Origin: Cyanophora paradoxa CCMP329 | Taxonomy: Eukaryota > Plantae > Glaucophyta | DNA length: 64,000 nucleotides | Assembly (NCBI GenBank): GCA_004431415.1 | Contig: QPMI01000044.1 | Span: 434,001 to 498,000, forward strand | Reading direction: 5' to 3' | Shown here: in pieces, positions 24,417 to 35,644 of the stretch | How the letters are laid out: each line of letters starts with the position of its first letter | Position numbering within the stretch: position 1 is the stretch's first letter | Made by a program: the position numbers and the translations under genes | The notes under the pieces: model-generated | Databases searched by the model: none | Seen by the model: only the letters and a program-made list of their open reading frames with translations | What the model was told of the DNA's origin: nothing

Positions 24417-26039
24417 TTTTTTTTTTTCAGTAATCCCTAGTGTATTAGGGGACTGGTGCCCCAAGTTGACAAACAGCTAATGCTATCTGCCTACCCTAGG
24501 CCTAGGCCTACAAACACACGACAAGTCTAGCTTACCTCCCCCCTATTGGGTCTCCAGCTAGACTAACCCCGAGGGAATCTCCCTACTGCGAGCCCTACCC
24601 CCTAAGGCCACTCTTGCGGCCCTCGGTGGGGCCTCCCCCAGCGGCCGCGCGAGCGCGGCCATTGGGGGGGTGGGGTTGGGGGTGGGGAGCTGGGGCCGGA
24701 GAGTTTATTGGGGCAGGGCCCCGGAGGATTTATTGCGCACCGCCTCTGCGGTGCGAGCGCCGCCGGGCGCGGGCCCCGGGGGAGGGGTTGGGGCCCCCCA
24801 TCCGGCGGCGGGTCCCGCCCTGCAGGCTGCCAGCGGCGTGGCAGCCTGCACCTGCGCGGGCGGGACCGGACCTGGCGCGGGCAGGCAGGCCACGCCCGAG
24901 GGGCCTGCTCTCCTCCAGGAGTGGGCCTCTCAAGCGCGAGCGTGGCGTCAGCCCGGCGCGCGCGGGCAGGGAGTGCACACTTTGGGCTCAGGGTCTGTAG
25001 CCCAGCGGGGAGAGGCCGAAGATGAGGAGGGACTGGATGAGGTCGCCGCGGTGGAGCAGGGGGTGGTACCTTGGGGGCAGAGAAGGGGTACGGGGCTCGG
25101 TGGAGGCGGCGGTGACGGCCCAGGGGTGTAGGCAGAGGGGACATCGGTCTGGGGCGGGAGTGCCTCGGGGTGGAGCTGGCGCGCGCGGGCGGAAAACTCG
25201 AATGGGGCGGTGGTGCGGGGACCGAGGGCGGTGCCGGCGGTGGTGGGGGGCCCGGCGGCGGGGGCGCGGGGCTGGCGGGGCGGGGCCGGTCTTGCGGTTC
25301 GACGGGTGACGGCGGTGTGGGGGGTCAGAGAGGTTCACCGAGGCGGGGGGTCCGGGGGGGGCGGTCCTGTGGATCAGGGGCTGGGACAGCCGGACCTGCA
25401 CGTCGGGCTCCGCGGTCTCCACGTGCAAGAAGATTGTTGCGGGCGGAGGTGAAGCCGGCCGAGTCACGGAGGGCGGCCAGCTCACGCTCGCGGCGCGTGA
25501 GGCGGCGGGGTAGCGGGGCTGGGCTGCGGGAGGGGGAGGAGGCTGGGGGTGTGGGGGGAGGGGCTGGGGGGAAGGGGGGGGAGACGGGGCCGGGGACGGT
25601 GGAGGGGCCGGTCGGGCGGGCGAGGGGAGGGGCCGGGGTGGCGGAGGGTCCGCTGGGGCGGGGCGGCGGGAGTCCGGAGGGGAGGGGGCAGTTGCGAGTC
25701 GGGGCCGGGGAGAACGGGGGAGAGACCGACCGCGGACCGGAAGTAGGATTGGAGGGGGCGCATCGCCACGGTCGTCCCTCTGCCGCGGCCTTTGCCGCGG
25801 CCCTTACCGGGTCGAGCTGTGCCGGCACCTAGTCGGGAGGAAGGCCTGTCGCCTCCGGTCGGCCTGTCGGAGGTGGGCGAGGCGAGGCGGGGGCGGGGCG
25901 GGGCGTGGGGGGGCGGGGGTCCGGGGCTCGCGGCGGCGGGGTGGAGCCGGAGCCGGAGGGGGCTGGGGCGGACCTCTGGGGCCGGGTCCGGGTGCTGGGG
26001 CCGTTGGCTTGTGGCTAGGATTCGGGTGAGGATGAGGCT

Positions 26040-26630
26040 GCGCCAGTGGGCGCAGCACCGGCTGCTGCCATCGAAGGGCGAGTTGGGGTCCGTGAGCGCG
26101 TCTTCTTGGCCCCGGACCAGGGCGTCTGCCAGGGCACAGACAATTACACCGCAGCTGAAGCGGTCCCGTTGTTCGGGGATGGGGTACCTGGTGGCCGATG
26201 CAAGCGGCCAGGCGGTGGGGTCGTCTGAGGGGAGGTTGCGTTCCGGCGCTCGAGCTGGAGCCAGCGGAGAATCGGGGCCAGCTTCTCTCGAGCCGACTCT
26301 GCGTTTGGCAGGTTGTAGGCATCATAGAGTTCGGCTCGACGGTCACGTACGTGGATCGCAGCGAAGGTCCAGTGGCCCGGTGAGTGGATCGGGAAGAGCA
26401 GAACATCGAAGTCGAACGGGCTGACCCCGCGGGCTACCAGCTTGTTGTGAAGGCGCTGGGGCCTCGGCCTGGCGCGGAGAGGTTAGGGTACTCAAGCGAG
26501 TCAAAGATTAGTGGACGGCGGGCCAGGGCAGGGAGTTGGGCGAGGAGGGCGAGGTAGAAGACAACGGTCTCGTCGTCTAACCAGGTCTCACCATTGAGCC
26601 GACTGAGAGATCTCCTTGAGACGTTGATGC
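26040..26630 (-). pseudogene. Ulp1/SENP-family (peptidase C48) cysteine protease domain inside the LINE
   Basis: Translated by hand across two frameshifts: SLSRLNGETWLDDETVVFYLALL...IFDSLEY; FDVLLFPIHSPGHWTFAAIH (His 26372-74); AELYDAY (Asp 26321-23); PIPEQRDRFSCGVIVCA (Gln 26169-71, Cys 26151-53). Confidence 0.85.
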
Positions 26631-27229
26631 TGCCCGAGGTACCGAGCAGCGGCGAGGAGATCTGTCGGAGTACTTCCTGCGCAGGCTTTAGCGGGCCGGG
26701 TCGGGTCTGTGCCCACGCTAGGCGGACCTCTTCGGACGGCGGCAGGGGGGGCCACGGGCTGGGCTGCGGGCGGGTCGGGGCCGCGGGCAAGGGTGAGTGC
26801 CGGGGCTCCGGCGGGTGAGGCGCTGGGGGCTCAGGGGGGTGGAGGGTTAAGCTGGGGGCTGAGCTCACGGGAGGGGCGTCCGATCGCGAGGTTGCTTTGA
26901 GGTTCGTGGGCGGGCTGTGCGGGCTGTCTGCGGCGACATTCATCAGGTCATGGGCGTCGGCGGGAGGGCGGGCAAGCTGGACGGTCTGTGCTCGACCGGC
27001 CTACTGCTGAGTGCGCATCGCGCGCTGGCGCTGCCGTCGGCTGGAGACGGGCGCGTTCCGGTACGCTTGGGGGTACCGGAATACTACTGACCAGCACTAC
27101 GGGTGCGGGCTGCGGGTTCGGGTCCGGCTGAGGGCGTGTCTCCCGGGCGCGGCGGCTTCTTCGGCGGGCCGCGGGGTCTGTTGCTGGCGGGGGTCGGGGC
27201 GCCGTCAGAGTCCGACGCGTGAGGCCACA

Positions 27230-27950
27230 GCGGCGCTGCCAGGCTTGGACGTCCGAGTTTCGCGCCTGCCAAATCTCCTGGAGCCCCGTCACAAGTACAT
27301 CAAAGATCCCGTTCGCGCATTTACGAGCAGCGGGGGCGCGAACATGAAGGTACTCGAGGGCCGGGACCAGACTGCGGGGAGGAGCAGCCGGACGGACAGG
27401 CGGGGCGAGTCGTGCGAGAGGTCGGTGAAAAGGGCCTGTCCGTGAGTCAGCCAGCGGGAGGGGGAGCCGTAGAGACAGGCACGGAGGTGGGGGGGTACAG
27501 GCCCGGGTCGCGAGCGTTCGTGCACGGTCTGACGCCAGCGGCGTTCGTCAGCGAGGGCGAAGGCAGGAAATAGGTCGCGGAGGAACAGGCCGTCCGACTT
27601 CAGGCCGTCCGGGAGCTCGTACTTCGTTGCGGCCGACTTTAGTCTCTGCGTGGTGATCGTTGTGTGGAGGAGGTTGTAAATCTTGGATTGCATAGCGAGC
27701 CGGGCCGCTTGCGATGCCGAACAAAGGCCGAAGGCGTGGTCGTGGGTCTCGGGTTGACTCGCGCTGTGGAGCGCCGGCGGGGGTCGCGGTCTGCGGTTGC
27801 GGCGGCTCCTGGGTCGCGCCTCGGTGCCCAGGGGGTGCCGGGATGGGGCCGCCGGAGGCGTCGGCGACGCGAGCGCACCCAGGCGTACGCACAGGCCTTG
27901 CGGGTTGATGTTGCCGTAGAGGTGTGGGGCATCGCGGGCACGGACAGGTA
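27230..27950 (-). pseudogene. C-terminal zinc-finger-like (zf-RVT type) region and IWxxRN motif of the LINE ORF
   Basis: LPVRARDAPHLY...LCVR...ETHDHAFGLC followed by LQEIWQARN..VQAWQRRCG. Confidence 0.65.
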
Positions 27951-28429
27951 GGAGGGGCGCGAGTTCCATGCTGAATTTGGTGAGCTGCGCAAGGCGGGCA
28001 TTGAACGGGGCTGACGCGTCGCGGGAGGCGCCTTGCTTACGGAATTCGCGCGCGAGCCGTGCCCGGTCGGCCGGGGCGCCGAGCCACGAGGATTCAAGCG
28101 ACGTCAGCCGCACGAAGTTACGCATTTCGCAGACGGCGCGGACGTGGGCCCGGGGGTCGGACTCGACGCGGTACGCTCTGCTGGAGTCGTACCCCTCCAG
28201 GCTCCTGCGGGGGGTGAGAAGAGGAGGACGAACTCGAACCCGCCGGGGAAAGAGGGCTCACGCCGTGCTAGCCATGCACGTTTTGCGGCAGCCGAGACGG
28301 CGGGGTCGGATGCGACTGCGGGATCTGCCTGCCAGGTGGCGCTCTCGACGTCAGCCCAGGCATTGAGGCCGTGGCCATCGCTGCAGGCCTTGGAGAACGG
28401 GGCGCAGGGGTGCAGGGCGAGCGCCGCTG

Positions 28430-29440
28430 CGGCGAGGCGGTCGGCTCGGTGGTTATCCCGGTCGTACGCATCATTCAGTACCCTCTCCATGCGTTGGGCG
28501 ATCGGGAGGCCGGCGAGGGCGGGAACGTGGGGCCCGAGAGCCGCGAGCGCGTCTCGACGGCGCTGGCGTTCCTCCCGGCGCGCCTTGCGGGTCTGACGTT
28601 CGATCTGGTGGAGAATGCGTCGAGTCTCGCGGCGGCGGAGGTGAGCAGTGCGCGCACGGATGTGCTCGGACAGGTAGTTATAAGCGCCCGAAAGCGGGTT
28701 CGGGCGCCCGGCGTACACCCCTTGTCCCTCGCCGAATTTGGCGATAAGCTCGGCGTCAGAGGGCTCGGGGGGAGGTCGTCCGGGCGGAGAGGTAGGACAC
28801 GTACGATCCGGAGTCGTCCGCATCGCTGTCCGTCTCGGGCTCTGCCGGGGCGACAGGCGCAGGCCGGTCAGTGTACTCTTTCTGATGCGCCTTCACCTTC
28901 TGTACGCGGACCTCGGCGGGTGGCCTTCCGGCGGCGGCGGCGAGGGCTCTGCGGTGCTGATGGACTTCTGCAGCCGCTCGCAGATGGTGCGAGAAGTTGG
29001 TGCGAAGGCCGCTGCGGACCGTCGAGTCAGCGCGGTGCAGGACAGAGCGGCGGATGAGTGACATCGCCGTCGAGCTGTCTGTCTTAACTGTGCAGCCCTC
29101 GGGCGACTTTAAGAAGGCCGTGAGGACGGCGAGGAGCTCGCCTTTGTTGTTGTTGACAGTGCCCGGGCACGGGGCGACAAAGAAGTCGCTGCCGTCCGTG
29201 GGATGGCTTCGGCGAGCTCCCGCAGGCCGCCGCCTGTGGGGCGTCATCTTCTGCGCATGCATCGGCTTCACGCAGCAGCTGGTTTTTCAGCTGTATACCT
29301 TCGCTGCGGCGCTGGGCTTCCGCTGCCGATCCGCTGGGAGTGCGCCGCGTTCTGCTCGTGTCCCGGGTCCAGACACCCGCGTAAGCCGTTAGCGCCGCCT
29401 CGGATCCGAACCCCGTTGTGCTGGCATCGGTCGCCGCCAC
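28430..29440 (-). pseudogene. RNase H domain of the LINE, with two large insertions
   Basis: ATDAS (D 29426-28), NNKGELLAVL (E 29137-39), VKTDSS (D 29077-79), QKVKAH (H 28885-87), DNHRADRLA (D 28440-42). Confidence 0.8.
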
Positions 29441-30749
29441 TCTCGGGGCCGGCAGCGGGGAGCTCCTCGCGGCGAAGCTCCTGGGCTACGAGGTTCCAGA
29501 ACGGGTCGGCTAGGGGCTCCGGGTCGATGAGAAAGTGCTCGAGAGGCTGGCGATCCGGGTATACAGGCGTGCGGTGCGCGGTGGCACTGTACCCGGGCGG
29601 CGTTGCTTGTAGCCCGACGGCGGCTGGGCTGCGCGGAGGGATCCGCTTCGTAATCCCAATCGCGTTCCCACGGAGGAAGGAAGAGCGTCGTGCGGAACTC
29701 GGTCCACCACTCCTGACTCTCTAGCTTCACAACCGCGTACGGTTCGTGCTTCCGCGTGCGGGTCGCCGGGTGATTAGCTCGAGGAGGCGGGCCGGGTGAA
29801 TGTGGATGGAGTCCTCGGTCCACTGGCAGGCGCCTGACTCCGGCTCAGAGTGGTCGCAGCGCTGGCGCGCCGCCTTGGCTGTCGCATCGTCCGTCGTGTA
29901 CCGCGCATCGCACTCATCTTTGAGCATCGTGCACTTGTAGAATCGGGCGGCGCCCTCCCGTCGCCGTCGCGGATCGTGCGGTCGCGCCAGATCCAATGTT
30001 CCAGGCGGACGTACACGCGGAGGCGCCCATCGTCTTCATCGCGCTCCTCCCATTTGCTAACGATGCGCGTCAGGTAGCCCTGCGGGTGCCAGGCGAACTG
30101 TCCCTCCACGTACGGCGGGCTCATCAGGTTCGCTTCGAAAAGCGTCTGCTGGCGCCGCGCCCCTGCTTGAGCACGTGCATGGGAAGCGCAGGGAGCGTGG
30201 GAGCTTCCTCGGCGGGACGGGCTCGCAGATTGCGCGGAGGAAGTCTGGGAACCACGACGGCGCCCGGCTGAGACGCTGGCGACGCGGCCGCTGCCCCAGA
30301 GGCTCGCCCAGTCCAGAACGGTGCGCCCGTCCGGGCCCGTGATGTCCGCCGCCGTCAGCAGATCGTGTTCCCACAGGAACGGCGCGGCGCTGCGGAGGAG
30401 GGCTGGCGGTAGAAGCGTAGTGAGGACGAATCTTCGTTCGAGTCGAGGATGCGGAGGCCGGAGTCAGGTGCGACCTTCCCGAGTCGAGGATGTAGCCCTC
30501 CGCATTCATATTTCGGGCTATAGCGAGGGCTAGATGATCGCGCCGGAGGCCGGGCCTGGATCTAGGTTCGGATAGCAGTACGGGGGAGAGGAAGGCATAG
30601 CTTTTCCTGCGCCGCGAACACGCGGTGGAGGAGATACGGGCGAAGCGTCGGGTGGTTCGCGCGGATTGTTTCGTCTAGGACGTGTATGGCGAGCTGCTCG
30701 TCTGCCAGGCGCTTCAGCCCATAGAATCCGCGGCTCCATATTAGGGCGT

Positions 30750-31950
30750 TGGGCGCCGAGCGGCGGAGGCGCGCCTGATGCTTGACTAGCGTCATCCACA
30801 GGGTATCTATCTGGGCGCACTGGCGCTCGGTGTACGCGACAACCTTGCAGGCGTACGTGATGCGCGGGATGAGTACGCTGTTCACAATGTACACTGCTTC
30901 CTTTGCGGTGAGCTTCTTTTTCTTTAGGATCGCGCAGGCGGTCTGCGCCATCGTGTAGACCGCTTCGAACTGATGCCTCCAATTTAGGTCCGCGGTAAAC
31001 CAGACCCCCAGGAACTTGAAGGGCTTCGTCGGAGGCAGGACGTGGTGCGCACGCTCCTTAGCCCCAGGCGGGCCAAGGAGGGGCGGTTTGGGCTCGGGAG
31101 ATACGTTGTTATAAGTGAACTCAGTCTTCTTCGCGTTCAGGCGATATCGTGGATCCAGAAGAATTCCGATACCAGGTCCGCATGCAGTTGTACCCCCGCG
31201 CGGACGAGCTGATGAGCACGGTGTCGTCCGCGTAGGCCTGCCCTGGCGAGTCAACGTCGGGAGGTGAGCCCGGAGGCGGTGAGCTGGCGGGGGGCCGGGC
31301 GAGGTGCGATCCCGGCCCCATGCGGTATGTTGTACCCTCCGCCGCGCTGACTTCGCGCAGGGCCGTAAGGAAGACATCGTAAAAGATGAGCCAGTGGATA
31401 GGCGATTCCGTACCCCCTGGGGAAGCCCGCACTCGACATCGAACGGTTCGGTGGGGCCGTACCCGTGAGGACCGATGCCTTGCGCCGCGTCGTGAGCTGT
31501 TCGTACAGCTGAATGTACTTCTCAGGATGCGGAGGCGGCGGAGGCCATCGCCATGCTGGGCCAGCTCACGCTGTCGTAGGCTCGACGGATGTCAAGGAGG
31601 AGCAGGTAGATCGTTTAGAGAACTGTTTCGCATCTTCAAGTAATGCGCGCATCATGTAGAGCGGCTCGTCCGTCGATTTACCACGTGTAAAGGCGTAGTT
31701 TGCGCCCTTCAGTAGTTCGTTCTTTCGGATGATCCTGGAGAGTCTATCCGTGAGAAGAGCTGTTACCAGTTTCAGGGCGCATTCTTGCAGTGTTATCGGT
31801 CTGACGTTGTCAGGGTGCCCGTCCCATTCCCCGCTCTTCGGGATCAGGCAGATATTTCCGTAGAGCAGAGGTTCAGGAACAGCTCCGAGCTCTAGAATCA
31901 GGTTGACCGTCACCAGTAGAAGCCGCCTGCAGGTTGGCGTTCTGTTTTCG
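30750..31950 (-). pseudogene. Reverse transcriptase domain of the LINE (frameshifted as assembled)
   Basis: ICLIPK...VRPITLQECALKLVTALLTDRL; NYAFTRGKST; DIRRAYDSVSW; GGTESPIHWLIFYDVFL; AYADD (31223-31234); LNAKKTEF; FKFLGVWF; IVNSVLIPRITY. Confidence 0.92.
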
Positions 31951-32497
31951 GACTGGAGGCCGAGGTGTCCAGGCCCGCTTTCTTCAGCTCTTCGAGCGTT
32001 TTCTTGGGGAGGACAGGGTCACTCCACAGCATCTTAATCATTTCATTCGAGAGGCCGAGGGCCCTGCCGCCCCGTTTCTCAGCGAGCCAATGATTCTGCC
32101 CAGCTCCGTGTCCTCCGTGCGATTCAGTAGGCTATCGAATAGGGCTGCATCTATGTCGTCCCGCGGCGCGTGCAGTCGCTGCCAGAGGCGGGGTCCGGGC
32201 GCATTCGCTTAGCGGGAGACCTAGCGGGTCGAGGCGGGCCGTTAGGGGTGCTCTGCGCTTGGTCCAGGCGTGCATGTGCTGGCGGGCAAAGGGACAGACT
32301 TGCTCTTCGGAGTCATACACTTTGTATTCGAGCCCATCGAAGAACGAGAAAGATGTGATACCTCGGCGAGCCGGCGCTTCCAGGACCAGTCGGAGGTGCT
32401 GCGCGAGGTCAACTTTGAACATGCGGCGCGTGCGTTCGCGGCTCGCCAGGATGCGCTTGGTCTCGAAGCCGCGGATGTGCAGGTCGACCTTCTTGTC

Positions 32498-35400
32498 GGC
32501 CGCCCTCTAGCTACCGTGGTTCCATGCCCACCGGTACCTTTCATTTGCTGCGAGGGATCTGCAGCTGGGCGACGCTGGCCGCAGGGCCCGGCGGGTGCCG
32601 AGCCTGCCCCGGCGAGCCAACGCAGCACGCACGCCGCTTCGTGCTGCGGGGCTGACCGATGGAGGGGGCGGGGGATGAAGGATGCCATGGTAGAGCGGGT
32701 GGGGCGGGGCCGGGCGGGCGGGGGAAAGCGGGCCGGCGCGGCGGGGGGAAGCGGGCCGGAGGAAGGAGGGGCCTGGGCGGGAAGCGGGCCGGAGGAAGGG
32801 AGGGGCTGGGAGGGAAGCGGGGCGGGCCGGGCCGGCTCTGGAAAGAGCCTTGGCGAGGGGCCCGGGGCGGGGCGGATCAGGGGGAGGGACCGGGGGAGGG
32901 GGGTGGGGGGGTGGGGGGGGGGGAGGGGGGCGGGGAAGAGAGAGGGGGCCGGGGCGGATCTGGCCATGGGGGAGGGGCCGGAGGAAGCCCCGAGGAAGCG
33001 GGCGGGGGGTCCCACCCCGGGCGAGGACGGAGGCAGCGGCCGCCACGGGTCGCCGTCGCCGTCCGACGGCTGCCGCGGCGATCGCGGCGCGCCCCTCTGA
33101 TCTGAGGCCCTGAGGCTCAGGCGCCGACACCGCGGAAGGCGGGCGCGGGGGGGCGCACCGGAGAGGCGCCCGGCTGCCCAGTGCCGCGGGCGCTGGAGGC
33201 CCGCCGGGTGCTGGAAGCGCCGGTGCAGACGCCGAGACCGCTTAGGGCGTGTGAGAGGCAAGGGTCGTCGGGCGGCCGCCGCTGAGGCGGGCGGGATCAG
33301 CGCCCGAAGTCCAGCCTCGGAGGCAGAGGCGGCGCCGGCGCCGGAACCCGCACGGCACGAATCGGTCTTCGCCCTGACGTCTCGCCCTGCCTCCCGGAGC
33401 CGGCGCCGGCATCGGCCTTGGCGCCCGCTGCCGGGCTGCGCGGAGGCGGGAGGTGAGCACATGCCCGGCGCACGCGGCCCCGCGCCCGCGAACGAACCAG
33501 GAGGGGCGGAAGTGCTGCCGCGCCGCGGCGCCTCGACGCCGGAAGGCGCCACGGCGACGGAGGCCGCCTCTCCGCTACGGCCGCGGCTCCGCCGGACGCG
33601 GCGGCTCGCGGGCGGCCGGGCCGCGGGCCCGAGAAGGGCGGCGGGGGGCGCACGACGAGGCGGCGGCAGGCCGGCGCTGAGCGCGTCGCGCCGCCGGCCG
33701 CCTCTCCACCGCGGCTCCCCGCCGCAGAGACCCTGCATGCGCAGCTGGAGCTGACGCTCGCCTGATGGCCCTGCCCGCGGCTCAAGTGACCATCGATGCT
33801 CTTTGCCGCCTGCTTGCCTGCGTGAAGACCGCTGCGCCCGTGAGCCGCCCGCCCCGCGCCATACGCATCCTCCACGACGTCACAGGCTGCAGGGCTGCAG
33901 GCATGGGAAGCGAGCGGGGTGTGTTAGCTGCCCGGCTGCGCAAACGTTACTGGGCCCGCGTGCGCACAGCACCGTGGCCGCAGTGGCACCGCGAAGTCCC
34001 GAAGTCCTGAAGTCCCGAAGCGTAGGCCGCGCGCGAGCGGATCTGCGCGGCTGAAGCCTGCAAGCTAATCAGGAGCTCGTGGAAAGCCGGTCGCAACAGC
34101 CGCGTCGAGCGCTGGGTCTGCGCCACTATACGTCACTCGAGAACTCCGGCAACGAGCACGAGCTTTCCGCACCATCGGAAGCTCGCCTCCCGAGCCTACT
34201 GGTACCAAATCGAGCGCATCTTGCAGGCGCAGACGTCGACAGCTGCAGGCAAGATCGAGAGGGCGCGCTGCCTCAACGCGGTGTACCCCCTGCCAGAGGC
34301 AAATTTCCTCTGATCCAGAGGAAATTTTCCTCTGGGCCCGACAGCGTACCCCCTCCAGAGGCAAATTTCCTCTGGCACGGCGCCGGCGCACAGGAAAATC
34401 TCCTCTGGGCGATCCGGCATGCATGCCCTCGTAGTACACGCAGCACTAGCTCGCGTGCGACGCTCTCCGCCTTCGCGGAGTGCAGCTGGAGCATCGCAGA
34501 CGGTCGCGTTTGGCCGCGTGGACGAGCGAGCGTGAGCGGCCTGCAGCAGCACAGCAGTCGCTCGATCGATCCGCGTGACGGCCTCGCGCTCGCGGGCGCG
34601 CCGCGGCCGGGCCGGTCGTGTGCGGGGCCGCGGCCGGCCGCGTGGCGGCGGAGTGCAGCGGCACTCCAGTTCGGCTCCTTCGGCCTTCGCCAAGCTTTCA
34701 GCTAAGGCGGGGAGCGCCTCGCGATCGGTGCGGCACGCAACGTCCGCTTTTCCTCCTGCAAGCTGAAGGCATCTGGACTTACACGTACACGAGCGCTAGC
34801 GCCCGCCGCGGCGCAGAACGAGACGCTGCGGGCGGGCTCGAGGATGAACGCTGCCGCGGATTGATGCTCCTGATCAGCTGAGAAACAAACGCCTAGCCGG
34901 TGAGCGCTTCTCTCGATCTGGGCTGCGAAAAGCAAAGCCGCGCGCTCCGAACTCTGACTCAGTGACTTGGGCGCAGCTCGAGCGCCCGCGCACGCGCCGA
35001 GACGGCGGAAGCGGCGCAGCGGGCCCGCGGCCCGCAGCTCCTCGGGCGCCCGGGCCCGTGCATTACGGCTCGCACCTGAGCTCATGGCCAGGATCCGGAG
35101 CTCGCCGATCGAGAGAGATCCGGTGCGGCCGCCCGCCCCGCATGTTTCCCGCCCGAGCGTCCTGCCGATGCCACCCGCGCAGCCGCCGGGCCGCGCTGTT
35201 GCAGACGCGCTTCGCCGCCTGCCTCCCCGGGCCCTCGAGCTCCGCGTACGGCTTCCGGCCGCCGGCCTACAGCACTTCGAGAGCCGCCCGAAGGCACGTG
35301 AGGGCTCAGATGCAGCAGAGCGCCTTAAAGCTTGCTTCTCGTTCCGAAGATTTGAGAGAAGCGCGCGCGCCCATGCTCACTGCTCTTCCAGGGCGATCCC

Positions 35401-35630
35401 GTGCAGCTCGGAAGAGCCGGCAACACAGCATCAACGTTAACTAAGCTACGGTGCGCTTGAGCCTCTCGCGGGGCGCTGCGCCCGCCAGATCCGGACCTCA
35501 CGGCTGTTCCTGATCAGCTGCAGGGGGCAGCGGCGGCCGGGGAGCTCGAGGGGGGCCGGGCGGCGCAGTGCCGCTGCATGCGCAGTCCAGCGGACATGTT
35601 CCTCGTTGTATACGGTCAGAAACACCTAGC
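32498..35630 (+). repeat. Tandem macrosatellite, copy 6 (resumes after the LINE)
   Basis: Marker at 34315; near-identical to the other units apart from many 1-bp homopolymer deletions; ends at cagaaacacctagct. Confidence 0.95.
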
Positions 35631-35644
35631 TGTGCAGAATTCGA

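Larger units (their letters stand above)
24417..32497 (-). mobile_element. 5'-truncated non-LTR retrotransposon (L1/Proto1-like RT + RNase H) with C-terminal Ulp1-like protease and poly(A) tail
   Basis: T11 run at 24417-24427 = poly(A) on the minus strand; RT, RNase H, Zn-finger and IWxxRN motifs in order; no introns seen; interrupts the macrosatellite; no endonuclease or ORF1 upstream of RT (truncated). Confidence 0.93.

Noticed and set aside
24980-25150. Possible SAP-like or Zn-binding motif near the LINE 3' end (CPLCLHPW...LHRGDLIQSLLIFGLSPLG)
   Set aside because: Frameshifts prevent a reliable frame and the similarity is too short to support.
9011-35630. Many 100-500 aa ORFs in the macrosatellite (e.g. 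MESRSQQ..., MEDAYGA..., MALPAAQ...)
   Set aside because: Arg/Ala/Pro/Gly-rich products expected from high GC; frames break differently between copies; no recognisable motif.
35560-35630. Helitron 3' end (hairpin + CTAG) at the unit boundary
   Set aside because: The candidate hairpin lies ~35 nt from CTAG rather than about 10-12, CTAG is ubiquitous here, and no 5' TC terminus or Rep/helicase was found.
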